IMG/VR virus record: IMGVR_UViG_2061766007_000731
Length of the DNA stretch: 64,000 nt
Origin: an uncultured virus (IMG/VR IMGVR_UViG_2061766007_000731)
Lineage: Duplodnaviria > Heunggongvirae > Uroviricota > Caudoviricetes
Direction: 5' to 3' (one strand)
Position numbers and translations under genes: made by a program. The first letter of the stretch is position 1. Every line of letters starts with the position of its first letter. Below the pieces are notes generated by a model. It saw nothing but the letters and a program-made list of their open reading frames with translations. It did not search any database and was not told the DNA's origin. Shown piece after piece: positions 34,191 through 46,806 of the stretch.

Positions 34191-34757
34191 ATGTATTATA
34201 AAATTATTAACGACAGAATGGTTTTTTCTGATTGTAAAACTATTCGACTAGACAATGGACAATGAATAAGTAATCCTGACTCTACTATTATCGCAGCTGC
34301 TGGTTGACTTCCGTATACACCTCCACCAGTAGTTCCTATTCCTCAGACAGAACCAGATTATGACGCAATTCTTCAAGCAGTAAAAATAATGCTAGCTTCA
34401 TCTACAGAAGATCTTTCGGATGAAGATGCGTTAGAAGTAGCAGCATTATTTCCCACTTGAGCTAGTAAAATTGGTGAACAAGTTGCTGTTGGAGAGCGTC
34501 TTTGATATGATGGTAAACTTTATAAAGTTATACAATCACATATTGAACAAGAAGATTGAAAACCAGATATAACTACTTCATTGTATGTAGAAGTTAGTAT
34601 CGAAGAATGACCGGAATGAGTACAACCTGTTGGTGCGCATGATGCTTATAATACTGGAGATAAAGTTACTTTTGAAAATAAACATTATATAAGTTTAATA
34701 GATAATAATATTTGAAGTCCTGCTACATATCCAGCTGGATGGCAAGAACAATCATAA
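34191..34757 (+). CDS. CBM5/12 (chitin-binding-like) domain protein, 188 aa (TGA=Trp)
   Basis: FPTW...YDGKLYKVIQSH...WPEWVQPVGAHDAYNTGDKV...NIWSP...GW. 8 of 9 Trp codons are TGA; missing from the ORF track. Confidence 0.85.
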
Positions 34758-34758
34758 C

Positions 34759-35301
34759 ATGAACATTTTCTTTATTCTTTCGCTTACAGGTTGAATATTT
34801 TTTTCAATCTGTTTATCTTTGCTTATTATTAAATTTAATATTCCACCATCTTTATCTGAAAGTTATTATAATTTAGGTGGAAATAAAAAATATGGTGCGT
34901 TGTTTTATTTAATGCTGGCTATTACGGCTTTTNNNNNNNNNNNNNNNNNNNNNNNNNNNNNNNNNNNNNNNNNNNNNNNNNNNNNNNNNNNNNNNNNNNN
35001 NNNNNNNNNNNNNNNNNNNNNNNNNNNNNNNNNNNNNNNNNNNNNNNNNNNNNNNNNNNNNNNNNNNNNNNNNNNNNNNNNNNNNNNNNNNNNNNNNNNN
35101 NNNNNNNNNNNNNNNNNNNNNNNNNNNNNNNNNNNNNNNNNNNNNNNNNNNNNNNNNNNNNNNNNNNNNNNNNNNNNNNNNNNNNNNNNNNNNNNNNNNN
35201 NNNNNNNNNNNNNNNNNNNNNNNNNTGGTATTTTTTGATTAGAGATGATTGCATTTTATTCTATATTTATAGGAATGATGTTTTTCTTTATTTAATGAGT
35301 A
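34759..35301 (+). CDS. Membrane protein (mostly N gap)
   Basis: Hydrophobic N- and C-terminal segments with an IPPSLSESYY motif. Confidence 0.6.
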
Positions 35302-35327
35302 ATGTGTTATTTATATAATATACATTT

Positions 35328-35370
35328 AACCCTCTGTAAGATAGATTCTTACAGAGGGTTTTTGTTTTTT
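35328..35370 (+). terminator. Intrinsic terminator
   Basis: aaccctctgtaag/cttacagagggtt followed by a T run. Confidence 0.85.
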
Positions 35371-35463
35371 GAGTAATATGTGTTATCTGCCAACGATATT
35401 ATAGATCTTTGCATTGTGATCACAAGAAATAATAGATTTTTTAAAATTTAAAACTTTATTAAA

Positions 35464-36381
35464 ATGGCAGAAGAAACTAAAACTTATGTATTTGGTAACG
35501 AGCCTAGTACTGGATTTGGTACTGGTTTTGTTCCTGGTATGTTAATGGGTGCGAATAATAGCGGTTTCGGTGGTTTTGGTAATGGCATTGGTGATTTAAT
35601 CGGTTTAGCTATTGTTGCTTCAATCTTTGGTTGAGGTGGTAATGGTTGGGGTGGTTGAGGAGGCTTTGGCGGTGGAAATAATTCTGGCGCAGCTGGTTTC
35701 CTTAGCAATCAGATTTCTGAAACTTCTACAAGAGATCTTATTATGCAGGCTATTAATGGTACTGATGCTGATGTTCGTCAATTGGCTAGTACTTTAAATG
35801 TAGATGTTGAATCTCTTAAAACTAGTCTTAATGGCGTTAGTGCCGCTATTGCTAGTGTTGGTGCTCAGAATGGCATGACTGGTTTACAAGTAATTAATGC
35901 TATTCAGGCAGGTAATGCTTCATTAGCTGCTCAGTTTGCTCAATGTTGCTGCGAAAATCGTCTTTTAACTACTCAACAGGGGTATGAGGCTCAGATTCGT
36001 ACATTAGAACAAACTAATTTACTTGGCTCTCAGGCAGATCGTAATACCAATGCTTTATTAAGCGCGATTAATGCTCAGACTGTAGCAATGAACGATGGTT
36101 TCTGTGAAATAAAAGAGCGTGAATTACAAGATAAAATTGATGCTCTTACAGCACAGAATACAACTTTAAGAGGACAGATAGATAATGCATCTCAGACAGC
36201 TCAGATTGCAGCTTTATTAGCTCCAATTAAAAGTGAAGTTGATGCTATCAAAGCTAGTCAACCTAATACTGTACCAGTAACTTGGCCTAACATTACTGCA
36301 GTTAGTACAACTCCTTATGCAGGTTACTATGCTGGTTTTAATGGATGGGGTTACGGTAATAGCGGTTCGTACTGGGGTTAA
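35464..36381 (+). CDS. Gly-rich/coiled-coil protein with QCCCEN motif, 305 aa (TGA=Trp)
   Basis: FGWGGNGWGGWGG contains two TGA codons; in frame with the 35743 fragment. Confidence 0.8.
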
Positions 36382-36401
36382 TTGATAAGGAGGACTGTAA
36401 A

Positions 36402-36728
36402 ATGGCACGCTTTCCTTACCAATATATAAATATTAATGGTATCCCAACTTTGGAGGTACGTAGAATAACTATTACTGAAACTTCAGTAGATTTTCAATTT
36501 AGACCTGATTTTGATAACAATCCATTTCGTGGATTATTATTAATCTACGTTCCTGAGACAATTCCGGAAGGAACTACAACAACTTTGCCTATTAGATTAT
36601 CTATGGCTGGAAATACGCAAGTACTTACTAATACTGGCGGCACTCCTATTACCGTAGCTGATTTTGAAGGTGTTGGGGTCTATCTTGTTTATTATGATAG
36701 ATATGCTAACCTTTTACAAATAATATAG
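36402..36728 (+). CDS. Hypothetical beta-rich protein
   Basis: 108-aa ORF within the operon. Confidence 0.75.
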   Translation: MARFPYQYININGIPTLEVRRITITETSVDFQFRPDFDNNPFRGLLLIYVPETIPEGTTTTLPIRLSMAGNTQVLTNTGGTPITVADFEGVGVYLVYYDRYANLLQII

Positions 36729-36729
36729 T

Positions 36730-37272
36730 ATGTTTCAATCACTTAGACCAAACAATCAATTGTTTATTCTTCAAAAAGATAAACCAGAATTAGTAGTAGG
36801 TTCTGTAATAAGTGTATCTACTCCTATACCTAAATATCAAATGCAACCAGCTTTTGGTCCACATCAAGAAATGGTAGTTGATATAATAGCTAAAGTAAAC
36901 AATGAAGATGTCACATATCAAAAAATCCCAGCTTCTGCAGATATTGCTGATTTTGGAACTAATGGTGTTGTTATATCTGACAATAGAGAAGCTATGAATT
37001 CTGAAATATTAAGTCTTAAAAAGAAGAGTAATGATATTATTAGTAGTATCGAATACCATAAAAATGTTATACTTAATTGTGATAAAATTCTCGGAGAATT
37101 AAATCCCGAAATTGCTGAAAAACAAGCTCAACAGAAAGAGATTGATGAGTTACGTGATCAAGTTAGCGAAATGACTAAAAATATGGCGGCATTAATGGAG
37201 GCTAATAAACAATTGATTGCGCAGTTTAAGGTAACTAAAAAGGAGAAAAACAATGAGAATGTGAGAAATTAG
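36730..37272 (+). CDS. Hypothetical protein with C-terminal coiled coil
   Basis: 180-aa ORF within the operon. Confidence 0.75.
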   Translation: MFQSLRPNNQLFILQKDKPELVVGSVISVSTPIPKYQMQPAFGPHQEMVVDIIAKVNNEDVTYQKIPASADIADFGTNGVVISDNREAMNSEILSLKKKSNDIISSIEYHKNVILNCDKILGELNPEIAEKQAQQKEIDELRDQVSEMTKNMAALMEANKQLIAQFKVTKKEKNNENVRN

Positions 37273-37450
37273 AGAAAATACTGGTAAATACGATTCTGAT
37301 TACAGAATTGGTATGAAAGACCATAAACTTCAAGAAGCTTATGACTGTGGGTACGAAGATGGTTATAAAGATGCTATGGAGGAAATAGAAGAGCATAAGA
37401 ATAGCGAACGTCGCGGTTCTTATCGTGAAGGTTTTAGAAGAATGCGATAA
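37253..37450 (+). CDS. Small charged protein (MRMWEIRE...) (TGA=Trp)
   Basis: 65 aa with an EAYDCGYEDGY motif; aaggag upstream. Confidence 0.7.
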
Positions 37451-37860
37451 TGAGATTAGATGCAAGAGATGAGTTTCCTTCTGGAATGGAGGAATATTTA
37501 GCTCATAATGGATGACATTTTAGTAAAAAAATGTTTGAATGGGCAATATCAAATATGTATAAAACAGATGCTTCTGGTAAACGTAATTACGTGTCTCCTT
37601 TATCTAAAGAAGTTGTCGATGATATGCTTCGTAGATATGGTATTATTTTAGAAAATAAACACGGATACGATTATGTTTATGCGGCAAATATGGGTAAAGC
37701 AGATTATTTAGGATCATCAATTATTGATGAACAACACTTAGTTTTATTCATTAAAGATTATGTTGATGATAAAGACGGATATCCTGAATTACCATTTACT
37801 AGATTTTATGCAGATTGTATTGGAACTGGAACTCCAATAGAATGGGAGGATATGATTTAA
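37450..37860 (+). CDS. Hypothetical protein (YLAHNGWHFSKK) (TGA=Trp)
   Basis: TAATG coupling; extends the 37531 fragment in frame. Confidence 0.8.
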
Positions 37861-37861
37861 T

Positions 37862-38284
37862 ATGCTAGTACAGAACATTTACTTGGAGGACTATGATTGA
37901 TGTGTGAAAATATTCTATGCTGTTAGTACTTATTATGTTGGAGAAATTTTAGGTGAACTTGAATCTATCGGATGTAATAATGAAGAACTAGAAAAGGCTG
38001 AAGATATATTATCAACAGGGGATTATAATATAGGATTAACTTACTCAAGTCTTCTAAGAAGATGTTCTGTAATAGTTATTGGATTGACAACATCTCCTGC
38101 TGAATTTCAAAATACATTTGATCATGAAAAAGGACATTTAGCTATGCATATATCTCAAGAATTAAAAATTGATCCTTTTAGTGAAGAATATCAATATTTA
38201 GTTGGAGAAATTGGATTGCGAATGTTTTCAGTAGCGAAATATTTTTTATGCGAACATTGTAGAAAATTTTTAAAAATTTTTTAG
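37862..38284 (+). CDS. HExxH putative metallopeptidase (TGA=Trp)
   Basis: FDHEKGHL plus a downstream EE; extends the 37904 fragment. Confidence 0.7.
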
Positions 38285-38312
38285 AAGGCGAAGAGTAATC
38301 TTCGCCTTTTTT
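38285..38312 (+). terminator. Intrinsic terminator
   Basis: aaggcgaaga/tcttcgcctt followed by a T run. Confidence 0.85.
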
Positions 38313-38313
38313 A

Positions 38314-38345
38314 TTTGTATTTATCGATATATTTTTGTATATTTG
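38314..38345 (+). promoter_or_regulatory. Bacteroidota sigma-70 promoter
   Basis: TTTG-N20-TATATTTG. Confidence 0.75.
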
Positions 38346-38387
38346 CCGGTTGATGAACTAATTTAAAATTTTAATAGTTAATGATTT

Positions 38388-38642
38388 ATGAAGAAGACTA
38401 AAAAAGAACAAAATTGGCAAAATGTTCCAAAAAGAGGAGCAAAAACTATTAAGCAATCTGTAATTATTGCAGATAAACCAGAACATATAAAAGAAAAAGA
38501 AGAACAAGAAAAGAAAAAGGAAAAAGATGATAAAGAGCAATTAGGTATTAAGCCTTTTGTTGCAGCATATAATGGTAGAAATGCAAGAAGAATTAATAAA
38601 GGTGGTATAATAAGATTAAAACGAAGGAATGAAAAACAGTAA
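38388..38642 (+). CDS. Small basic protein
   Basis: 84-aa Lys-rich ORF following the promoter. Confidence 0.65.
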   Translation: MKKTKKEQNWQNVPKRGAKTIKQSVIIADKPEHIKEKEEQEKKKEKDDKEQLGIKPFVAAYNGRNARRINKGGIIRLKRRNEKQ

Positions 38643-39004
38643 ATATAAATTATTTTTATTTACTATTAAATATATTCCTTGAGTTTTAGCCATATTTTAT
38701 TTTTTAGGATCATTATTAATGTATTTTAATATATATGTATCTATACTTNNNNNNNNNNNNNNNNNNNNNNNNNNNNNNNNNNNNNNNNNNNNNNNNNNNN
38801 NNNNNNNNNNNNNNNNNNNATAGATTACCTTTATATTACGTATTATTATGTAATATTTTAAATTTATTAAGTTGATTAGGGTATACATTTTTGTTTGGAT
38901 TTTGATTTCACATTATTACATTAGGAATAATATCACTATTGGGAGCGTATTTAAAAAATAGATATAATGAGCAAAATAATATTATTAAAAACTTGTCTTC
39001 TTAA
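38629..39004 (+). CDS. Multi-TM membrane protein, holin candidate (TGA=Trp; N gap)
   Basis: KYIP-W-VLAIFYFLG...RLPLYY...; hydrophobic throughout. Confidence 0.55.
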
Positions 39005-39272
39005 TTTAATAGATCGAATTGATTCTGGAAATAGTAATATAGAAGAAGATCAATGTGAAGAGATTATCGAAATGATTAATAAAATGACTGTGGCTAAAAA
39101 TAAATATAGTAAATATCAATCATATAAATATTTAGGATTAAGTAGAGCTACATTTGATAGATATGTTAAAGATGGTTTAATTCCAGAAGGAAGAAAAGAA
39201 TCTGGATTTACTGAAAAATTTTGATATAAAAATGATTTAGATGTTGCAAAATATAAAATTTTGGATTGGAAT
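38967..39272 (+). CDS. Excisionase/AlpA-like HTH DNA-binding protein (TGA=Trp; end in N gap)
   Basis: YLGLSRATFDRYVKDGLIPEG...EKF-W-YKNDLD. Confidence 0.75.
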
Positions 39273-39846
39273 NNNNNNNNNNNNNNNNNNNNNNNNNNNN
39301 NNNNNNNNTCAATACTACACTATAACAAATTTACGAGATGATTTATCTACAGCGGTAATTAATAATAAAGCGTATGAGGCTGAGAACGATAGTTTAATTA
39401 ATAAAAATATTGAGTTTAATTATACGGTAGCACAATTAAATCAGAGTGCAGATTCTNNNNNNNNNNNNNNNNNNNNNNNNNNNNNNNNNNNNNNGAATAT
39501 AAAAGAATTACAATATATAGCATCTCATTTACAAAAAATTGATAGTATTTACGTAAGAGATACGATTTTTAGAGATAGTAATTTTATTTTAGATACTATA
39601 ATATCAGATGAATGGGCTAAATTACAATTACATTTACAATATCCAAATGAAATAGCAGCTGGATATTCTTTTAGAAATGAGACGGTTATAGTATCTTCTT
39701 CTAAAAAAGAAACAATTAATCCTCCGAATAAATGTTGGTTAATTAGATTATTCCAACGAAAACATAAAATTATTGAAGTAGAAGTAATTCAAAATAATCC
39801 ATATTGTGAAAACGATATGCACAAACATATAAAAATTGTAGAATAA
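39241..39846 (+). CDS. Spanin-like (Rz-type) membrane-anchored coiled-coil protein
   Basis: Hydrophobic N-terminus (partly in gap), coiled coil and RDTIF motif. Confidence 0.55.
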   Translation: MLQNIKFWIGXXXXXXXXXXXXXQYYTITNLRDDLSTAVINNKAYEAENDSLINKNIEFNYTVAQLNQSADSXXXXXXXXXXXXXNIKELQYIASHLQKIDSIYVRDTIFRDSNFILDTIISDEWAKLQLHLQYPNEIAAGYSFRNETVIVSSSKKETINPPNKCWLIRLFQRKHKIIEVEVIQNNPYCENDMHKHIKIVE

Positions 39847-42800
39847 TGAGCACACTCGATAATGTATCTAAAATTGGTAAACAAAATCAAAATTTAATTC
39901 TTGAAACAGCTGGACGTATTTGAATTAAAGTACAAGATAAGTTTTATGAATTAGATTTTAGACAACAAAATAAAGGTTTTAATAAATCTTTAGCAACTAA
40001 TACAAGTGATTCAGAGTTAACTGCTGAAAACACTCCTGATTTAAGTAATTATGTTACAAAGAAATATTTAAGAGCTAGTTTATCTGAATATGTAACTAAA
40101 AGAACGTGGAGTGGTATTAAAGAAACTACCGATATGCTACAAAATTCTTTATTGGAAGGTTTTACTGAAGCTATTAATCCTATTACAATTAATACAATGC
40201 AATTGGTTGTAGGTTCAGAACAACTTCAGTATGATTTTATTACAAATTTTACCTCAAGTACTGTTGTAGCAGCTCCGATAGTAAATTTAAATAGAAATAC
40301 AGTAGAACTTAGTGATAGTTTTATAAAACATTATACAATTGATGGGCCAACTACAGCAAGAGGAGAAGGTTCATGGATAGAAAATGGAGTTACTGTTAAT
40401 AATGTAGATGAATTACAAACACAATATTGTCGTTGGCATATTAAAGGTACAACGTTAAATATTGGAGACGAAGGATATTACTTATATTTAAAAGTACCAG
40501 TGCTTAATGTTGAAGATGATTATCCACAAATAGATCGATCTACTGGGAATTATAAATTAACTTCTACTGGCAGTTATACCGCTTCTATAACACAAGCTTT
40601 ATATTGAAAAACTAACGCAGAAGGTGCTACAGATTCTAATGGAGATTTACTATACCCTAGTTATGAGTCTCTTGGAAATGAGGATGGAGAATATATAGTA
40701 TCAGAAACTGCCATTCCTTTATCATCCGATAGCGATTCCACACATTATTATTTTCTATTAGCAATTATTAATAGTGTTAATGAGGATGGGGAAAGAGAAT
40801 ATACGACAATGAATGGGTTTACAGAAATTACTCCAGGACGTGTCACAGCATATAGATTTATGAGTCCAGACGGTCAGCAATATTTAAATTTTTTAAATAA
40901 AACTTTCCACTTAGGGGACAATTATAGTTATATTGATTTTGATGCTAGTACTGGTATTTTTTATCTTAAAGGCACTCTTGTGCAATCTCCATCTGGTGAT
41001 ACTGAATTTCCATTACCTTGCTACAGAGGTGAATTTGATCCAAATAAAGTTTATTATAAAGGAGATATGGTCACATATGATGGCAGATCATGAATATATG
41101 TATATAACACTCCTTCAAAAACTGTTCCAGGAACTACTTTAAAAGTAGCCGATAGTAATTATAATATAATTTTAGATGGAGAGGGCAATCCTATAGAAGT
41201 TTTAGACGACAATAACAATCCTATCTATCCATGAGATCTTTATGCAGAAAAGGGTAGAGGAGTTACAACTTTTACTAGTTATATATTTACAAGAATTCCA
41301 GAAGGATATGATATAAGTAATCTTCCACCTTCTGGAAATGATGGTAGTTATAATAGTCCAGTTCCTTCAAATACTTATCATTATAATAATGGAAATACTT
41401 CTGCAGATTCGTTTATTTGATATGATTCTATACCAGATACAAATGGTATTATATGAATGTCTACTAGATTATTTTCTGCAGATGGTGGAACGCCTCAACA
41501 AGCAACATGAACGAATCCAACAACAGCTATGGATTCTGCCGATATTGATTATGAATGAAGTGAAGTTGCAATAATACCAACTACTGGAAAAGGTAGCAGT
41601 CCTTCTAATGATTATAATTATGCTACCGATGGTATTTATCCATATTGGTCTAATACTGCAACTTCTGATACTATTTGAATGGCAGTTAGAAAAAAGACTG
41701 GAGGGGAATGAAGTTCGTGATCTATCATTAAAGTGAAAGGTGAAAACGGTTTAGATGGAGAGGGTAGTTTAATTATTGATTTAGATAATGAAGTTGATGC
41801 TTTAGGTATTGGTGATGACAATGTATTAGATTTAAGCGATAGTTATCCATTAGATTCTAATAATAATACTAGATATGTTGAATTAGAAACTAATGTGAGT
41901 CTTGCATATGGATTAGATCCACAAACAATAACTAATATTACTTTAAGCGGTAGTGCAATTGGAGTGTCTGGTTTTATTACTCCAATTATAGAAGATAATG
42001 GTTTATCTGGAGATAGTAGAGTTTGTACTGGTAATATAAAATTTAAAATTTACGATGGTGCTACTATTCCAGAAAATACTGTAATTACAATTACTGCTTA
42101 TTGTATTATCGAAAATGTTCAGCGATATAAATCTATATCGTATACATTAGTTGGTGTAAAAGGCGGCAAAGACGGAGTTGTATATAAGTTACTACCATCT
42201 GTAGATTATGTGAAAAAATATAAAGATGGTACATATTCTAGTGGATCTGTTACCTGTACACGTATGCAAAGAAGTGGGGATGGGTTATTAACAGATGCTA
42301 GTAGTGTTGGTAATCTTTATGTTATTAAAAATGACACAGATCAAACTACATTTGATGAAGTTACTAATAGAAGTACACTGTTGTATAACGGAGGAATTAA
42401 TCCTTCTGGATTAGAAAAAATAATTTTTATTTGAACTACTACTAGCGGGTATTTATTAGATAGAGAAACTGTTCCTATAATTGAAGATGGATTAGATGGA
42501 TTTGATACATTTACTTCTATAGTATTTACTCGTAGTAATACTACTCCTGCTCAACCAGTTGGCGGTGATTATTCCGATCCAATACCAACTAATGTAGATG
42601 CTACTACTGGAAACTTAATATGAAGTGACGGCATTCCTTCTGGATCTGCAAAATTATGATCCTCTTCAAGAGTATTTTCTAGTAATCCTAATTTTAGTAT
42701 TACTACTTGAGATGCGCCTAGCCAGATGACAGATACTGCAACTTATGATGTAGAATTTGCATATAAACAAGTAGATGACGCTACTCCAGCAAATCCTAGC

Positions 42801-45800
42801 GATAGTCCTAATAATAGACACGATGATTCTCATCCATATGGATACGTTAATCAGATATGATTTGATCCGGAAAAAGATAAATATTCTGCATTAAATACTT
42901 TACGTGATTTTACTTCTATTTATTGAAGAGCTGAAAGATTTTGTAAAAATGGAGAATGAAGCGATTGAGTTATTATTCGTGTAAAAGGAGAGGCTGGAAA
43001 TGATGGATTATCTGCAGATTTAAGTAATGAGATAGACGCTATAGAAGTTGGAACAGATGGAATTTTAAATTCTACAGTTACTAATTTAAGTACTGTAGCA
43101 TCTTTACAGATAGCATCGTTTCCTGTAGAATTGAATTCCACCACTCCTTGTAGTATTAATGTATCTCCATTATATAATGCTTCAACCTGTCCTAAAGGAT
43201 TTACATGAAGTACTACAGCTAATGACACAAGTAGTAATTTTGTTATAGTTGCATCTAGAGATTCTATTAATACTAATAAATTAAATGTTAGTATTAAGAT
43301 TAATAGTAATACAGACTTTACTGAATATTCAACTGTTAACATTAGATTTACATTACATCCTGCGGATGGTTCTGATGATAAAGATGTAACATACACTGTT
43401 GTAGCTTTACGTAAAGGAGAAGATGGTTCTGTATATAAATTAATACCATCCTCGGATTTAATATTATACGATAAAACTGATAATAGTTATTATGATAATA
43501 CTAGTACTATTTCTTGTTGTAGATATAAAAGAAGTGGTAATGGTAATTTAGCTGTAAGTACAGAAGGTTATTTCTATTATGAAAATGCAAGTAGTGTTAA
43601 AACCCCGTATACAAATAATACATCTATAAATGTTAATCCGTTTATATCTAGTGGTAAAAAAGAAATTGTATTTTATTGAACATCTGTAGAAAATTCGTTC
43701 TCACAAATAAATTTATTAGATAGAGAATCTATTCCTATTATATCGGATGGAGAGGATGGCACTAGTCCTTTTTATATAGATGTAGACAATGAAATGATTT
43801 CATTTAGTGTTGGTGAAAATAAAACACTTGATACTACTATAACAGACACAATTAATTTAGAAGCGTATGTTGGTAGAGAAGCACAAGATATAGGTACTTC
43901 TCAGGTAACAGTTAATATTCCTAATACATATAGTGGTTATATTACAGCATCAAAAACTGCATCTTCTGTTGGAGATTATGCTGTTGCTATTAATTTTACT
44001 TTTAGATCTGGTTTATCATTTGATACTATCTCTGTAATTAGTATTCCTATTCAAGTTACCGTTAATGGTAAATCTGCATTTTTTGTATATAAAGTAAATG
44101 GTATTAGAGACGGTGTAGATGGCGAAACTTATTCGTTAATCCCCAATCCATCTGCTGTTCATTATAATCCAAATGCATCTTCTGGTAATGAATTTGATGG
44201 AGTATCTTATGTTACTTGTACTACAAATACGACAGGATATAATATTTGATATACGTTAGATAATTCTACAGTTAGAACTGCATATAGTAATCCTGGTATT
44301 GCAGTTACATCTTTTACAAAAAGAATAATATTTTATTTATATAAGGATACTTATAATAGTACTGCTGTTAATGGCACACATGTTAATGATTATGTTGACG
44401 TAGAAACTGTATTAAGAATTTCTGATGGAGCGAACGGAAACGCTGTTAAAGTAGATTTAACTAATGAATTTGATATGTTATTGTATGATAGTAGCGGGCA
44501 GACTTGTCTTGAAACAAATGGTGTAACCACTACAGCTAGTATATATGATGGAATTGATGTATCTAATAGTGTAAGTGTAACAGAATGAGAATGATCTGAA
44601 CAAGGATGTACTATAAGTGGATCTAGTAATGGTAAAAAATATGGAAGAAGTATTACAATTACTGGGATATCTGGAACATCTGGATATGCAGAGTTAAAAG
44701 TTACATATGACGAGAAACCATATTATGCAAGATTTAATGTTAAAAAGCTTATAGGACAAAGTAAATACCAAATTTTAGTAGAACCTACTAGAATAGGTTA
44801 CAATGAAGGAACTAACACTGGATCATCAAGTTCTATAAATGTTAAAGTTTATCATACTTATCAAAATAGTTCTGGAGTTTTGACTACAGAATTTGTGAGT
44901 AATTTGCCAAATAATTATAAACTTAAACAATATGTTGTCGACTCTACTGGTAATTCTACATCTTCTAATGTAACTAGCAGTTATAATAGTAGCACTGGCT
45001 ATACAATTCATTCTGGTAGTGGAGGTTCTTTATCGTATAGCAATAGACAATATTCTTATGAATTGTTAGATGCAAATAACGTTCGTTTAGATTATGAAAC
45101 TATACCTATCGATAAAGTTACGTCTGGCAGAAACATAGTAGTATTACATTTATATACAAGAAATAGTACAACAGCAGCTTCCGCTCCTTTATTTACAAGT
45201 GGTTCTACTTATACATTTAGTACAGACACTTTAACAGGAATTCCTAGTAATTGAAGTAGAACTATTCCAGCTTCTAGTAACAACGGAATGTGTTATTATA
45301 GTTGTGCAACCGCAAATGCTTTAGTTGATATTATTGATGCAACTACTTTAACTTGAACAACTCCTGTTGTATATACTTTTGACGGCAATAGTATTGGAAA
45401 TGTTACATTATACCAAAGATATGCATCTCCGGAGATAGCAGCTAAACCGAGTGCAACGATATACTATAAAATTTCAAATAATACGTTTTATAGTGATTCT
45501 GCCGCTACTATTGCATATGATAGTAGTACTGCAATTCCAAGCGGCTGATATCCAAATATAGATTGAGCTACTACTGTAAATACTCCTGCAGCTTGACCGT
45601 TATATATAACTACACAATCTATAAGTTCGTCTAATGATATTGTAACACTTACTTCAAGTAATTGAAGTACGCCTGAAAAGTTTACAGGCAATGATGGTCA
45701 AATTGGACCTCAAGGTAAGATTATGAGAGGTGTTAATGTATGAACTAAAGATGGTATTAATATTGAAGGAGATCATAACTGATATGGTATAACAGATCCT

Positions 45801-46805
45801 AATTCAATTTTTTATGATGTTGTATCATATACATCTAATGGTAATACAAATCTTTATTATTGTCAAACAACACATCAAGCTAGTACTAGTAATTATCCTG
45901 GAAGTAACGATGGGGCTAATCTTTGAGTTGCTGCAAATAAATTTAAATTTGTAGCTACAGATATACTATGAGCGGATAATGCTAAAATTAATCTTACTGC
46001 CGGATATGGCTTTTATGCGTTAGATTCAAACAGTAATGTAGTAGCTGGTATGCTTGGTAGAGAAAATGGCAATAGTGTTAATGGAGATATTAACTTTTTT
46101 GCTGGAGCTAGTGAAAATAATATAGCAAATGCTCCATTTAGAGTATATTATGATGGTAGTATGACGGCGACTAATGCAAATATTACGGGTAATATTACTG
46201 CAAGTACTGCTACATTTAGTGGTTGAGAAAGAACTTATTACGAAAGTATGTCATTAAATGATGNNNNNNNNNNNNNNNNNNNNNNNNNNNNNNNNNNNNN
46301 NACAGTTAGAACAGATTCTGCTGGAATTCCAAAATATAGTAATTTATTATTTGATGGAGATTCTTCCCGTTTACTTTATTCTTATGCAGATAATCATATA
46401 TTAAATTTTCCAGCCGCGTCTGCATTACTAAATGGATTTACTTTTAAAATTATTATATCCCCAAGACTCACCAAGAGTGTGGGTGAACCGGGATATTTAA
46501 TTTTACATCCTATTAGTGGAGATATTATAGATTTTACAACATCGGATTTTAATAATGCCCATATTGTTTCCGCTAAATATATAGGTTGTTATTCTGGTAT
46601 TATAGAACTGGTATGCTGTTCTTGGATGGGTTCAAATACATATGATTGGTGTATAACATATACAACATGTAGAAAAGATTATATATCTGCTATATCTGGA
46701 AGTAATATTACATATTCTGATAGTAATAGCTATAACATTCAGACAGCGGTAGGTTCATCCGCCGGTTCAAATAGTAATATATTATATTTTATAACAGAAA
46801 GTTAA
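39846..46805 (+). CDS. Giant tail protein, ~2320 aa (TGA=Trp)
   Basis: Fragments at 40134, 40809, 41733, 43794, 44880 and 46248 share one frame. Repeated GxDG...DLxNE...LDRExxP units and a NAPFRVYYDG motif. Confidence 0.82.
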
Positions 46806-46806
46806 T

